DNA of 64,000 bases from Bradymonadia bacterium (GCA_046290225.1 JBKAGE010000039.1:118144-182143), one strand, 5' to 3'. Shown: positions 10,494 to 21,124, counted from the stretch's first letter. Notes: a model not told the origin generated them from the letters alone. Numbers and translations are program-made.

Positions 10494-10953
10494 GCTGACT
10501 CCTGGCGGTTGCGCGCGCGTGGCTCCGTGCACTCTCCAGTGGTTCGTTACCGCGTGTACGAATCCAGGAGCAAGAGCTTGTTGGCCTCTGCGCGGGACTC
10601 GGCATAGTCACGGGCTGTTTTGCCGAAGGCGTCGGTGGCCATCGGGTCGGCGCCGTTCTCGAGGCATCAGCCCGAGGGTGCCCCATGAACGCCAGCGGCG
10701 CCCAGCGAACAATCTGGTCCGCGAGGGCGATATGCCCGGCCTCCCGTGCAGCCAGGGCGCTGTCTCCCTTCTCGGCGCCCGCTTCGAGCAGCGCCAGGCA
10801 GATCTCGGCGTGTCCCAGCGCTGCGGCAGTCTGCAGTACTGTATGTTCAGCGTGTACGCAGTTGGGATCGGCCCCTTGCTCCAGGGCCATACGACACCAG
10901 TCGAGGCGCCCTCTACGGATGCCCATCACAAGCTTCTTGTTGTATGTGCTCAT
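10204..10953 (-). CDS. small ankyrin-repeat protein; 3' end runs out of frame into dcd
   Basis: LEQGADPN..TVLQTAAALGHAEICLALLEAGA ankyrin pattern in the first ~85 codons; remainder looks like read-through. Confidence 0.55.
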   Translation of the reverse strand: MSTYNKKLVMGIRRGRLDWCRMALEQGADPNCVHAEHTVLQTAAALGHAEICLALLEAGAEKGDSALAAREAGHIALADQIVRWAPLAFMGHPRADASRTAPTRWPPTPSAKQPVTMPSPAQRPTSSCSWIRTRGNEPLESARSHARATARSQHVRHPRQPVPPCVHHEWCHPVSDACARGPGAAIEPRPAPGGQSVAAAVQLPPRPGRDRTQARPAGDVSSSHRQGRTPGAAPRRCVPRRALRGAGAP

Positions 10954-11020
10954 GCGCTCCATTCGTAGTCTGAGCACCGAGAAGAGCAACTTCTGAAAGG
11001 AGATTGTGCCGGTGAGCACG

Positions 11021-11671
11021 ATGACCGAACCACCCCGGCCACTTGCCGAGCTGACCGCAGAGCAGCTCTCTGCGGTCACCCGCTCCACGGTGTCGCACTA
11101 CCATCAACGTGCGGAGGACTTCCGGGAGGGGACCAAAGATCACGACGTCTCGCAGAACGTCGACGCGCTGATGCGTCATCTGCCAGGGCCCGCGCCGCAG
11201 CGGATCCTGGATCTCGGGTGTGGGCCCGGGCGGGATCTCGCCACCTTCCTTGATCTTGGCCATGTACCGGTGGGCCTCGATGGAGCCGAGGCCTTCGTGG
11301 AGATGGCTCGGGCGGCCACAGGCTGTGAGGTCTGGCATCGAGACTTCCTGGATTTGGAGCTGCCCGCTGAGAGGTTCGACGGCATCTTCGCCAACGCGGT
11401 GCTTTTCCATGTGCCTTCTCAGGTGCTTGGCAAAGTACTGGGTGATCTCCGCCAGGCGCTGGTCACCGGCGGGGTACTCTTTTGCAGCAACCCACGGGGC
11501 CCGGATGTCGAGGCCCAGAATGGCCTGCGCTACGGCACATATCTGACCTTGGAGACCTGGAGCCGCTTCGTGACGGCTGCAGGCTTCGAGCTGCTCGAGC
11601 ACTACTACCGGCCCGCAGGCCGACCACGGGCCGAGCAGCCCTGGCTCGCCACTGTGTGGCGGGCTATCTGA
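11021..11671 (+). CDS. class I SAM-dependent methyltransferase
   Basis: ILDLGCGPGRD, FDGIFANAVLFH. Confidence 0.92.
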   Translation: MTEPPRPLAELTAEQLSAVTRSTVSHYHQRAEDFREGTKDHDVSQNVDALMRHLPGPAPQRILDLGCGPGRDLATFLDLGHVPVGLDGAEAFVEMARAATGCEVWHRDFLDLELPAERFDGIFANAVLFHVPSQVLGKVLGDLRQALVTGGVLFCSNPRGPDVEAQNGLRYGTYLTLETWSRFVTAAGFELLEHYYRPAGRPRAEQPWLATVWRAI

Positions 11672-11693
11672 GGCGTGCTGTTTGGGGCGAGCT

Positions 11694-12677
11694 CTACTGA
11701 GGCCCGTATCGGTGATCCACCGGGCGGACATCAGAGCAGGGTCGACACAACGCCGTGGGCAAGCCTGAGTTGCGCCGCGTGCGCCCGGAGACAGCCTTGA
11801 AGACGGGCCCGCTCCGGTCTTCGTCACATTGGATGCAGTTGTTCGGGGCGCCGTCCTCGGTGTGATACGGCGCGTTGAGCAGAGGCAGGCAAATGTCGCG
11901 GCAGACTGTGCCCGTGTGCGTCGTGTTGTAGGACCAGATCGCTGCGCACGACTCGGTGAAGCCGAGAGCGGCGATGCAGTCCCGTTGTACCTCGGCCCCT
12001 TGCGTGAGCCCTCGAACACCACACCGCCGCACTGGCTGAGTGAGATCTGGAACGGCGATGTAGACCGCGAGATCTTGCAGCGAGGAGCAGAGGCCGCAGG
12101 CGCCGAAGTGGGTGATCTGCGCCCCCGCCTCGCGAGCGGCCTCGGGGCTGTTGAATGTCTGCAGCGAGTAGAGCGACTGGTCGGCTGCATCGAAGCGCAC
12201 GGCGCAGACACGGGTCAGATCTTCTGTGAAAGCGTCGGGGGTCAGATATGGATCCTCGAGCGGTGGCTCAGGCGGGTTGGTGAGCTCGAAACCGCGTAAG
12301 GTGTCGAGCACTTCGTCGGTGATCGACGGAGGCGACCAGAGCGCGTCACCACATGCACACTCAGGCGAGCACAGATCGGCGGGCAGGCCGGTGCGTGTGC
12401 TCGGTCGGCCGAAGAGTCGCCCACACTCGACCTCACCCTCCACTGCGCACGCGTCGTTCAGGGTGTTGCAGGCTGGCGGTGGACGCCCTCCATCATCAGA
12501 TACGAGCGCGTCAGTGCTGGCGTCAGTGCTGGCGTCAGTACTGGCATCACTGCTGGCGTCCGTGCCTGCATCAGCGAGGTGTGCCTGTGGCTGAGTCGAC
12601 TGGTCATCACATGCGGCGAAGGCTGTGAGGCTGATGAGCAGACCCCACACTCTGCCTGGGGCGTGTCGTGTCATCAT
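11694..12677 (-). CDS. Cys-rich putative lipoprotein
   Basis: FAAC lipobox, DAST linker repeats, HFGACGLCS..QDLAVY and CIQCDEDRSGP..GRTRRNSG motifs. Confidence 0.75.
   Translation of the reverse strand: MMTRHAPGRVWGLLISLTAFAACDDQSTQPQAHLADAGTDASSDASTDASTDASTDALVSDDGGRPPPACNTLNDACAVEGEVECGRLFGRPSTRTGLPADLCSPECACGDALWSPPSITDEVLDTLRGFELTNPPEPPLEDPYLTPDAFTEDLTRVCAVRFDAADQSLYSLQTFNSPEAAREAGAQITHFGACGLCSSLQDLAVYIAVPDLTQPVRRCGVRGLTQGAEVQRDCIAALGFTESCAAIWSYNTTHTGTVCRDICLPLLNAPYHTEDGAPNNCIQCDEDRSGPVFKAVSGRTRRNSGLPTALCRPCSDVRPVDHRYGPQ
12508..12560. repeat. 12-bp tandem repeat (about 4 copies) encoding a DAST/DASS linker
   Basis: GCGTCAGTGCTG units; protein DASSDASTDASTDA. Confidence 0.8.
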
Positions 12678-14326
12678 CAGGCATTGTGCCTGGGCAGACG
12701 GCGTACGAGGGCATCAGCGTCTTCGAGCCGAGGTCGTGGCTGAGGCGGGAAGGGGGCTGCGCCACCAAGCGCCTGGGCACACCAGTAGATGGTGCGCTGC
12801 TTGAGGGCGTCGAGCCAGTCAGCGACGGCGTCGTCCTCCAGATCTCGGTAGGCCCGTAGGGTGGCGCTGAGCTCGGCTGCCCAGGGGTGACCCTCAGGGC
12901 CGAAGACACGGGCCTCACCAGACCGGGCCACACAGCGCGCCAGCAATCGTTCTGCCTCAGCGATCCACGCTCGCCCCTCCTGCGCGTCTGTCCCGCTGTG
13001 TGCAGTGAGCGTTGCCCCGTGCACGAGCCGCGCGGCCGACTCGCTGAGCCAGATGTCGCCGTAGTTCACAGCCCAGCCCCATCCATCTTGTTTGGCCGCA
13101 GCGAGGCGAAGCGTCTCTGCAGCGGCCACCCATTCACCCTGCATCATCTGCTTGAGGCCATCGATCCACATGAACCGTGCTGTCTCGAGGAGGCGCTTTT
13201 GATAACAGCCTGCGAGGTTCTGCTCTGCCATGCGACGCACCTCGGGATCCCCGAAGGTGAGCGCGTGGCCAAGGTAGAGCTCGCACTCAAAGAGCGTGTT
13301 CTCGAGGAGCTTGTGCACGTTCATGTGAAGACCGCCGAGCAGGCTCCACCACCTGCCACCGTCGAGGTGGGGGTGTTGCTCGAGCAGCGCCCGCAGCCGG
13401 CGCAGCTCAGCGCACATCACCTCGCAGGTTTCGCGATTGCCGAGGGCCCTCTGTTCCCACTGACCCCACGTCTCGAAGAGCGCGCGCACGCTGCGATCGG
13501 CGGCGGCGCTGGCCTGTCGTTGCCTCTGGTCGAAGCTGTCGATGTCGAACCCCGCAGGCACCTCGTTGCCCTCGACGACGAGGGTGATCTCCAAGCGGAC
13601 GAGGCCCACTGCAGGATCATCCCAGTCCGCTGTGCTCACTGCGACGAATTCGACCGTGTACGTTGCCTCTCGGTGCGGGTCGAACTGCACCTTGCCATTG
13701 AGGGCACCATCATCAGAAAAGCGTACGCCGGGCGGGAGTCGCACGAGGGTGGGGCATTGCATGAACCCGCCTCCGCTCGGCAAGCCCTCGCCGGGGTGAT
13801 GCAGCGAGTCCCCGACGCGGACAGTGCCGAGATCGACGGCGTGCTGGGTCACCCTGAGTCCGTTGCGGGCCGCGCAGCGGTAGTGCTCGCTGTAGAGCTC
13901 GACGGCGGACCAGCTCCGCGGGCAGCTGTGGCAGCAGTGGCATCGCCCGCTGCGGTGAGCAGAGCCACGAGGCCAGGTCACGGTATCCGCACAACTGAGC
14001 TGCGTACCGGCGCCCTCAGCCTCAAACGGCTCGAGGGCGCTCTCTCCCGAGCCGGTGGGGAGCGCTGCCAGAGCGTCCATACGGCGAGCGATCCTCACGT
14101 CCTCGCCGGTGGCCTCACGGCAATAGCGTGCGTCGTCGACGGGCACGTAGATGAGCGCATGATCATCTTCGAGCATGACCTGATAGGGCGCAGTCTGCTC
14201 CGCTGGCCATTGATCTTCGCGATAGTGCAGCGCGATGATCCGGCCGAGCTTCCACCCGTCTGACCCCATGTTACACATGATGGCAGCACCAACTTCGAAG
14301 CGCAGATCCGACATCAGTGCCTTCAT
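12677..14326 (-). CDS. hypothetical multidomain protein (small beta-domain, Cys/His cluster, Ig-like stretch, helical C-terminus)
   Basis: 549 aa ORF abutting the downstream gene; CHCCHSC cluster; LPPGVRFSDDGALNG Ig-like motif. Confidence 0.7.
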   Translation of the reverse strand: MKALMSDLRFEVGAAIMCNMGSDGWKLGRIIALHYREDQWPAEQTAPYQVMLEDDHALIYVPVDDARYCREATGEDVRIARRMDALAALPTGSGESALEPFEAEGAGTQLSCADTVTWPRGSAHRSGRCHCCHSCPRSWSAVELYSEHYRCAARNGLRVTQHAVDLGTVRVGDSLHHPGEGLPSGGGFMQCPTLVRLPPGVRFSDDGALNGKVQFDPHREATYTVEFVAVSTADWDDPAVGLVRLEITLVVEGNEVPAGFDIDSFDQRQRQASAAADRSVRALFETWGQWEQRALGNRETCEVMCAELRRLRALLEQHPHLDGGRWWSLLGGLHMNVHKLLENTLFECELYLGHALTFGDPEVRRMAEQNLAGCYQKRLLETARFMWIDGLKQMMQGEWVAAAETLRLAAAKQDGWGWAVNYGDIWLSESAARLVHGATLTAHSGTDAQEGRAWIAEAERLLARCVARSGEARVFGPEGHPWAAELSATLRAYRDLEDDAVADWLDALKQRTIYWCAQALGGAAPFPPQPRPRLEDADALVRRLPRHNA

Positions 14327-14737
14327 CAGCGTAAAGAAGTCATTTGAGTGGCGAGCAGAGCTTCTGCCACTTCACTGCGTTGAAGGGTCAGGATGCTGTT
14401 GGCGCCTTGTGCCTTCCACGCCTGAAGTCGAGAGGGTGAGGGGGCGCCGGCTGCTGTCACGAGACCATGCGACAGGGCAATCCAGTAGATGCTGCTCTCT
14501 GGCGTCTTCCCGATTGAGACCCGATCCCCTACAGCAACCATGATCGTCGCTCTCCAATGCAGCTCATCAGTCAGCGTTCGAGCACTTCTACTTGGGCAAA
14601 AGGAGTGCTGGCAAGAGGTCAAGACCGACCGCAAGGCTGCTCGGCTGACTCGAGTCGAATATCGGGGAGACCTCTCTGCCGACACGACACTCCTGCGTGT
14701 GTTACAGGACCCTGTCCTGCTTCGATCGGAGAGTCCC

Positions 14738-15955
14738 ATGAGCAAGAGCCCCCTCACCCGTGCATGCTACGACCATGATCTCGAGAAGGTCCGCGCCCTG
14801 ATCGCGCAGGGTGCACCTGTCGATGCATCTGACAACGAGGTTTGGAGCGACACTGCGGAAGGTTGCTTGAGTGGTGCGCCATACTACACACCCCTCGGCG
14901 AGGCGTGTCGGAGCACATACGGTGACATAGAGACTCAGTCGGCCATCGTCGCCGCGTTGCTCGAAGCAGGTGCACCTGTGAACCAGCGCAATTATCGCAA
15001 CGAGACAGCGCTCCATTTCGCCTGTCAGTCCGGTCGTGCCGAGATCATCCGTCAAATCGCCACCGCAGATGCTGATCTCACCGCAGTGGGTTGCCTCGGC
15101 AATGCGGTCAGCGCTCTGGTGACGCACATGGACTTGGACGAGCCCAGTGGGCAAAGGGTGGGGGCATTGCGGGTGTTGCTCGCCCTCGGCGCTGATCCCC
15201 GGTTGCCGGATGCATGGGGCAAGGACCTGGTGCGCTCTATGGGCGACTTCACTGGCTGGCTCACGTCGAGGAGCAGGCACGAGAAGGCCCGAGGCGTCGC
15301 CGCCCTCGAGCGTATGGAGGTGGTGGCCGATGCAGTTGGCGACTACCCCGCCCTCAATGAATGGCTCGAGACGCACCGCGCCGCGCAGCTCCAAGGAGAC
15401 GCAAAGCTGCGAAAGGTCTACGAGAAGCTCGACAAGCTGCGTGCTGCAGCATCGGAGAAGGGCTTCGACAAGAAGTTTGCCCGGGCCATCGGCAAGAGCA
15501 TCGTCGGTCGGTACGAAGATCTGGCCCGGCTCACGAAGCACGTACTCATGGCCCCCGAGGTGGTGGCGCACCCGGATTGGGCCACGCTGGTGTGTGCATT
15601 GCTCGAGCGGACGATGAGCTATGGCGACGTCACCGAGGAGACCTATGGTCAACGCCTGACCCTCGACCAGATGGAGGACGATGAGGGGGGCGCCCTCGAC
15701 TACTACGCCGACGAGCACCTCAGCACGGTGGAGCACTGCCTGGTGGCGTGTCGCGCCGAGGGTGCCTGGTCTCGGAGCGACTTCGGCGATCTCGTGCGGG
15801 AGATCGCCGAGACGAAGTACGCACGCATTGGATACATGTCCTTCGGCGACGAGGAGGCGGTGGCCCTTGCGGCCCATCTCGACACGGTGGGTAGCCCGGA
15901 CGCCGAGTCACTCCGGGCCGATTTGCGCAAGGGGTTCCCCTTCGCCGGACTCTGA
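14738..15955 (+). CDS. ankyrin repeat protein
   Basis: SPLTRAC, TPLGEAC, ETALHFAC..G, LGADP repeats. Confidence 0.8.
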   Translation: MSKSPLTRACYDHDLEKVRALIAQGAPVDASDNEVWSDTAEGCLSGAPYYTPLGEACRSTYGDIETQSAIVAALLEAGAPVNQRNYRNETALHFACQSGRAEIIRQIATADADLTAVGCLGNAVSALVTHMDLDEPSGQRVGALRVLLALGADPRLPDAWGKDLVRSMGDFTGWLTSRSRHEKARGVAALERMEVVADAVGDYPALNEWLETHRAAQLQGDAKLRKVYEKLDKLRAAASEKGFDKKFARAIGKSIVGRYEDLARLTKHVLMAPEVVAHPDWATLVCALLERTMSYGDVTEETYGQRLTLDQMEDDEGGALDYYADEHLSTVEHCLVACRAEGAWSRSDFGDLVREIAETKYARIGYMSFGDEEAVALAAHLDTVGSPDAESLRADLRKGFPFAGL

Positions 15956-16089
15956 GGAAGGCCCGCACCAAAGAGGGCTCTGCTGGCCCATCGTTGCTCG
16001 TGACCCACACAGGGACCACCTTGCTAGATTGCCCCAGTCCTGATAAGCCCCAGCCCGTTGGCTTCCAATGACTTCTGAGGATGAAAACA

Positions 16090-18861
16090 ATGAGCCTCTA
16101 TACCGACTACCTGAAAGAGATCGAGCTGCGCAAAGACCACGGGTTGCACCCCAAGCCCATCGAAGATGCGGCGCTGGTGAACGCGCTCATCGACCAGATC
16201 AAAGATCTCGATCATGAGCACCGGGCCGACTCGCTCAAGTTCTTCATCTACAACACGCTGCCAGGCACCACGAGCGCCGCTGGTGCCAAGGCGGCCTTCC
16301 TGAAGGCCATCATCACCGGCGCTGAGACCGTGGCGGAGATCTCCACGGCTCAGGCCTTCGAGTACCTCTCCCACATGAAGGGCGGTCCGTCGATCGAGGT
16401 CCTGCTGGATCTCGCCCTGGGCGATGATGCTGCCATCGCGGACGAGGCGGCGAAGGTCCTCAAGACGCAGGTGTTCCTCTACGAGGCGGACACCGATCGC
16501 CTTGAGGCGGCGCACAAGGCTGGCAACGCCCTGGCCACCGATCTGCTCACGAGCTACGCCAACGCGGAGTTCTTCACGCAGCTGCCCGAGGTCGAGGAGA
16601 CCATTCAGGTCGTCACCTACGTGACGGCTGTGGGTGATGTGTCGACCGATCTCCTCTCCCCAGGCAGCGACGCCCACTCCCGCTCCGATCGTGAGCTGCA
16701 TGGGCAGTGCCTCTTCGAGCACAACAAAGAGGCCCAAGGGGTCTTGCTCGGCCTCAAAGAGGCGCATCCCGACAAGCGGGTCATGCTGGTGGCCGACAAG
16801 GGCACGATGGGCGTGGGCAGCTCCCGGATGTCCGGCGTGAACAACGTCGCTTTGTGGACGGGCATCCAGGCCAGCCCCTATGTGCCGTTCATCAACATCG
16901 CCCCCATCGTCGGTGGCACGAACGGCATCTCGCCCATCTTCCTGACCACGGTGGGCGTGACCGGTGGCATCGGGATCGACCTGAAGAACTGGGTGAAGAA
17001 GGTCGACGCCGACGGCAATGTGGTGCTCGACGAAGACGGCGAGCCCGAGCTGGAGCAGGTCTTCTCCATCGACACCGGCACAGTGCTGACGATCAACACC
17101 AGGACCAAGAAGCTCTACAACGAAGATGGCAGCGAAGAGCTCTGCGACATCGCCTCGGCCCTGACGCCCCAGAAGCTCGAGTTCATCCGGGCCCAGGGGT
17201 CCTACGCCGTGGTCTTCGGCAAGAAGCTCCAGACGACCGCAGCGGGCATCCTGGGCGTCGAGGTGCCCCCGGTCTACGCCCCCTCGAAGGAGGTCACCCA
17301 CGAGGGCCAGGGCCTCACCGCCGTGGAGAAGATCTTCAACAAGAACGCCGTGGGCACCACGCCCGGCGCCGTGCTCTACGCGGGGTCTGACGTGCGCGTG
17401 AAGGTCGACATCGTCGGCTCTCAAGACACCACCGGCCTGATGACCTCGCAAGAGCTGGAGATGATGGCGGCGACGGTCATCTCCCCCACGGTGACTGGCG
17501 CCTACCAGTCGGGCTGCCACACCGCCTCGGTGTGGGACTTCAAGGCCCAGCGCAACATCCCCAAGCTCATGCGCTTCATGAACAGCTTCGGCCTCATCAC
17601 CGGGCGGGATCCCAAAGACGAGTACCCGGCGATGACCGACGTGATTCACAAGGTGCTCAACGACATCACCGTCGACGACTGGGCGGTCATCGTGGGCGGT
17701 GACTCTCACACCCGCATGTCGAAGGGCGTGGCCTTCGGCGCCGACTCGGGCACCGTGGCCCTGGCCCTCGCCACCGGCGAGGCGACGATGCCGATCCCGC
17801 AGTCGGTGAAGGTCACCTTCAAGGGCACCCTGAAAGATCACATGGACTTCCGCGACGTGGTCCACGCCACTCAGGCCCAGATGCTGGCGGCCTTCGGCGG
17901 CGAGAACGTGTTCCAGGGCCGCGTGATCGAGGTCCACATCGGCACGCTGCTCGCCGATCAGGCCTTCACGTTCACCGACTGGACGGCTGAGATGAAGGCC
18001 AAAGCCTCGATCTGCATTTCGAAGCCCGAGACCCTCATCGAGTCGCTGGAGATCGCCAAGGGGCGCATCCAGACCATGATCGACAAGGGCATGGACAACG
18101 AGAAGCAGATGCTCCAGGGGCTGGTCGACAAGGCCGAGACCCGCATCGTCGAGCTGAAGTCGGGCTCACGCCCCGCCCTGGCCCCCGACGTCGACGCGAA
18201 GTACGCCGCCGAGTTCGTCGTGGATCTCGATCAGATCATCGAGCCGATGATCGCCGACCCCGACGTGCACAATGACGACGTGTCCAAGCGCTACACCCAC
18301 GACACGATCCGCCCCATCTCCCACTACGAGGGCACCAAGAAGGTCGACCTCGGCTTCGTGGGCTCGTGCATGGTGCACAAGGGCGACATGCAGATCATCG
18401 CTCAGATGCTGCGCAACGTGGAGAAGCAGCAGGGCGGGGTGAGCTTCAAGGCGCCGCTGGTGGTGGCCCCCCCGACCTACAACATCGTCAACGAGCTCAA
18501 GGCCGAGGGCGACTGGGAGGTCTTGCAACGCTACGCGGGCTTCGAGTTCAACGACATCAAGCCCAAGGGCGAGGCCCGTAAGAAGTACCAGAACATCCTT
18601 TACCTCGAGCGTCCTGGCTGCAACCTCTGCATGGGCAACCAGGAGAAGGCGGAGAAGGGCGACACGGTGATGGCGACCTCGACGCGACTGTTCCAGGGCC
18701 GCGTGGTCGCCGACAGCGACGAGAAGAAGGGTGAGTCCCTGCTGGCCTCGACGCCGGTGGTGGTGCTGTCTACGCTGCTGGGCCGCACGCCCACACTCGA
18801 GGAGTACGTGGCGGCGGTCGACGGCATCAAGCTGACGAGCTACGCCCCGCCCCTGAACTAG
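16090..18861 (+). CDS. acnB: aconitate hydratase B / 2-methylisocitrate dehydratase
   Basis: GVGSSRMS, SQDTTG, GGDSHTRM, GSCM and PGCNLCMGNQ Fe-S motifs; strongly biased codons. Confidence 0.95.
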   Translation: MSLYTDYLKEIELRKDHGLHPKPIEDAALVNALIDQIKDLDHEHRADSLKFFIYNTLPGTTSAAGAKAAFLKAIITGAETVAEISTAQAFEYLSHMKGGPSIEVLLDLALGDDAAIADEAAKVLKTQVFLYEADTDRLEAAHKAGNALATDLLTSYANAEFFTQLPEVEETIQVVTYVTAVGDVSTDLLSPGSDAHSRSDRELHGQCLFEHNKEAQGVLLGLKEAHPDKRVMLVADKGTMGVGSSRMSGVNNVALWTGIQASPYVPFINIAPIVGGTNGISPIFLTTVGVTGGIGIDLKNWVKKVDADGNVVLDEDGEPELEQVFSIDTGTVLTINTRTKKLYNEDGSEELCDIASALTPQKLEFIRAQGSYAVVFGKKLQTTAAGILGVEVPPVYAPSKEVTHEGQGLTAVEKIFNKNAVGTTPGAVLYAGSDVRVKVDIVGSQDTTGLMTSQELEMMAATVISPTVTGAYQSGCHTASVWDFKAQRNIPKLMRFMNSFGLITGRDPKDEYPAMTDVIHKVLNDITVDDWAVIVGGDSHTRMSKGVAFGADSGTVALALATGEATMPIPQSVKVTFKGTLKDHMDFRDVVHATQAQMLAAFGGENVFQGRVIEVHIGTLLADQAFTFTDWTAEMKAKASICISKPETLIESLEIAKGRIQTMIDKGMDNEKQMLQGLVDKAETRIVELKSGSRPALAPDVDAKYAAEFVVDLDQIIEPMIADPDVHNDDVSKRYTHDTIRPISHYEGTKKVDLGFVGSCMVHKGDMQIIAQMLRNVEKQQGGVSFKAPLVVAPPTYNIVNELKAEGDWEVLQRYAGFEFNDIKPKGEARKKYQNILYLERPGCNLCMGNQEKAEKGDTVMATSTRLFQGRVVADSDEKKGESLLASTPVVVLSTLLGRTPTLEEYVAAVDGIKLTSYAPPLN

Positions 18862-18926
18862 AACTTCCGAGATCTACGGCTCTGTTCAGTTGACAGCAGA
18901 GGGGGCGGGGGGTTCCCTACTGCGCC

Positions 18927-19571
18927 ATGAGCAAGACAACCTCCACCGTCACGAAAGACGGCCGTACCCTCAGTCGTTTTCACCGCTTCCTCGGCCGGCT
19001 CGTCTGTCGAATGATGGGTTGGACCGTCATCGGCGGCCTGCCAGAGCCGAAGCGGGCGATCTTCATCGCCTCGCCCCATACATCGAACTGGGACGGCTTC
19101 ATCATGCTGGCGGTTTCCTGGGCGCTCGGCGTGCGGCTGTCGTGGATGGCCAAGCACACCCTGCTCAAGTGGCCATTTCGAGGTTTTCTGATGTCGCTGG
19201 GTGCCGTCCCAGTGGACCGCTCGAAGAACACCGACACGGTGGGGCTGGTGGCTCAGCAGATGCAGGCCTCAGATGGCATGTATCTGGCCATCGCCCCTTC
19301 GGGGAGCCGGTCGAAGCGAGAGCACTGGAAGTCGGGCTTCTACCACATGGCCCTCGCCGCCGGCGTGCCGGTCATCTGCGGGTTTCTCGACTACAAGCGA
19401 AAGCGCGGGGGCTGCGGCCCGGTCATCTACCTCACGGGTGATCGCAAGGCCGACATGGAGCAAATTCGGGCGTTCTACGCCGACATCGAGGGTAAATTTC
19501 CCGAGAAGCACACGCCGGTGATGCTGCGGGACGAGTCACCCGTCGAGGATGAGGCCTCGCGCGCCAGCTGA
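18927..19571 (+). CDS. lysophospholipid acyltransferase family protein
   Basis: PHTSNWD (HX4D), IAPSGSR, WKSGFYHMA. Confidence 0.9.
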   Translation: MSKTTSTVTKDGRTLSRFHRFLGRLVCRMMGWTVIGGLPEPKRAIFIASPHTSNWDGFIMLAVSWALGVRLSWMAKHTLLKWPFRGFLMSLGAVPVDRSKNTDTVGLVAQQMQASDGMYLAIAPSGSRSKREHWKSGFYHMALAAGVPVICGFLDYKRKRGGCGPVIYLTGDRKADMEQIRAFYADIEGKFPEKHTPVMLRDESPVEDEASRAS

Positions 19572-19684
19572 GGTGCCTGTGATGGTGACTCTGGGCATCG
19601 CGGGAGGCTGTGGCTGGTGCCTGCATGGCTTGTGGCACACTGTAATGGCTGGCTCCAGGCCGCCGTCGAAGTTGGAGAAGTGCC

Positions 19685-21124
19685 TTGGCAGACATTCCAT
19701 CAGAGCTCGCGCCCATTCGCACATTGAAGGTCACCACAACACCCAAACGTGTGGTTGTTGTAGGCGCGGGTCTCGCGGGCCTGGTGGCCGCATCCGAGCT
19801 GACACGCATCGGGCACCATGTTGAGATCCTCGAAGCATCCAAACGAGTAGGCGGCAGAGCGTTTACGCTGCGTCATCGTGATGGCCGGTATGTAGACCTC
19901 GGAGCGATGCGCATCCCGAAAGCGCATCATGTGACTCGTTTCTATTGCGAAGAGTTGGGGCTGGCGCTGCGCCCGTTCGGGGGAGATGAGGCACGTACTC
20001 TCATTGCCGCTCGGGGACTCCGGGTGACCGAGGCAGAGAGCGAGAGTGTGCTTGATACATTCGAACTGACACCATCTGAGAGGGCGCTCGGATTGGTTGG
20101 CCTGTGGGAAAAGACTGTATATCAGTTGTACACAGGGCTGACCGCGGACGAGAAGGAAGACTTGTTCCGCGATACCCCAGAGACGGACCGAGTCAAGGCG
20201 CTGGACCAGTACTCTCTCCGTTCGTTTCTAAAGTCTTGCGGGGTGTCTGATGGGGCGTTGGCGGCATTCGGCACCCTCTGGGAGATGGAGACATCTCTGC
20301 ACTTTGCGCTGCTTGAGACGCTGCGTGACCAGCATCAGGAGATCTGGACCTCGTCCTTCTCCGAGATTGTGGGTGGAACGGATCGGCTACCCCACGCTCT
20401 CGCGGAGACTGTGACTGATTGTATCCGTCTGGGAAGCCGGGTGACCTCAGTACGTCATCAGGAAGGCGAGCTGGTCATCCGATTTGTAAACAGTACCACT
20501 GAGGACGAGGTGACCGCCGACTGGTTGATCGTCGCTGTGCCTTTGGGTCCGTTGCAGAGGATCGACTTCGGAGACTTGCTTCCGGTCGATAAGGCCGACT
20601 CAATACGCCGCCTTCACTATGACGCAGCGACAAAGGTCGCCGCTTTCACGGCAAGTCGGTTTTGGGAGACGACTGACGGAATCTTTGGGGGCGGATCTAC
20701 GAGTGACTCAGGCATTGGCGGGACTTGGTATCCGAGCGACAACCACAAACAAGATCCGTTGGTATCAGAGGCGCCAGGCGCCATGCTCGCCAGTTACACT
20801 TGGGGACAGCAGGCGACCCGCATTGTCACAGACGATCCCCATGCACATACAGCGGAGGCACTCGCTTCACTCCATCCGGAACTACGAGACCAGCCTCAGC
20901 TGCTCGAAAAGCTGGTTGTGTGGAGTTGGCACGACAAACCCCTCAGTCAAGGCGCGTACTGTTTTCATCTCCCAGGGCAGTTCACGGAGTTGCACCATGC
21001 CCTTGTTCGGCCGGAGGGCCGCATCCTGTTTGCAGGTGAGCATGCCTCGCTCGATCATGCGTGGATGCAGGGTGCTCTGGAGTCTGGGATTCGTGCGGCC
21101 ACCGCGGTCGCGGGCTCTGAATGA
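19685..21124 (+). CDS. flavin monoamine oxidase / L-amino acid oxidase family protein
   Basis: VVGAGLAGL, RVGGR, DLGAMRIP, FAGEHAS..WMQGALESG; TTG start uncertain. Confidence 0.9.
   Translation: MADIPSELAPIRTLKVTTTPKRVVVVGAGLAGLVAASELTRIGHHVEILEASKRVGGRAFTLRHRDGRYVDLGAMRIPKAHHVTRFYCEELGLALRPFGGDEARTLIAARGLRVTEAESESVLDTFELTPSERALGLVGLWEKTVYQLYTGLTADEKEDLFRDTPETDRVKALDQYSLRSFLKSCGVSDGALAAFGTLWEMETSLHFALLETLRDQHQEIWTSSFSEIVGGTDRLPHALAETVTDCIRLGSRVTSVRHQEGELVIRFVNSTTEDEVTADWLIVAVPLGPLQRIDFGDLLPVDKADSIRRLHYDAATKVAAFTASRFWETTDGIFGGGSTSDSGIGGTWYPSDNHKQDPLVSEAPGAMLASYTWGQQATRIVTDDPHAHTAEALASLHPELRDQPQLLEKLVVWSWHDKPLSQGAYCFHLPGQFTELHHALVRPEGRILFAGEHASLDHAWMQGALESGIRAATAVAGSE

Noticed and set aside
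16024..17937. 637-aa minus-strand ORF
   Set aside because: Antisense shadow of the codon-biased acnB.
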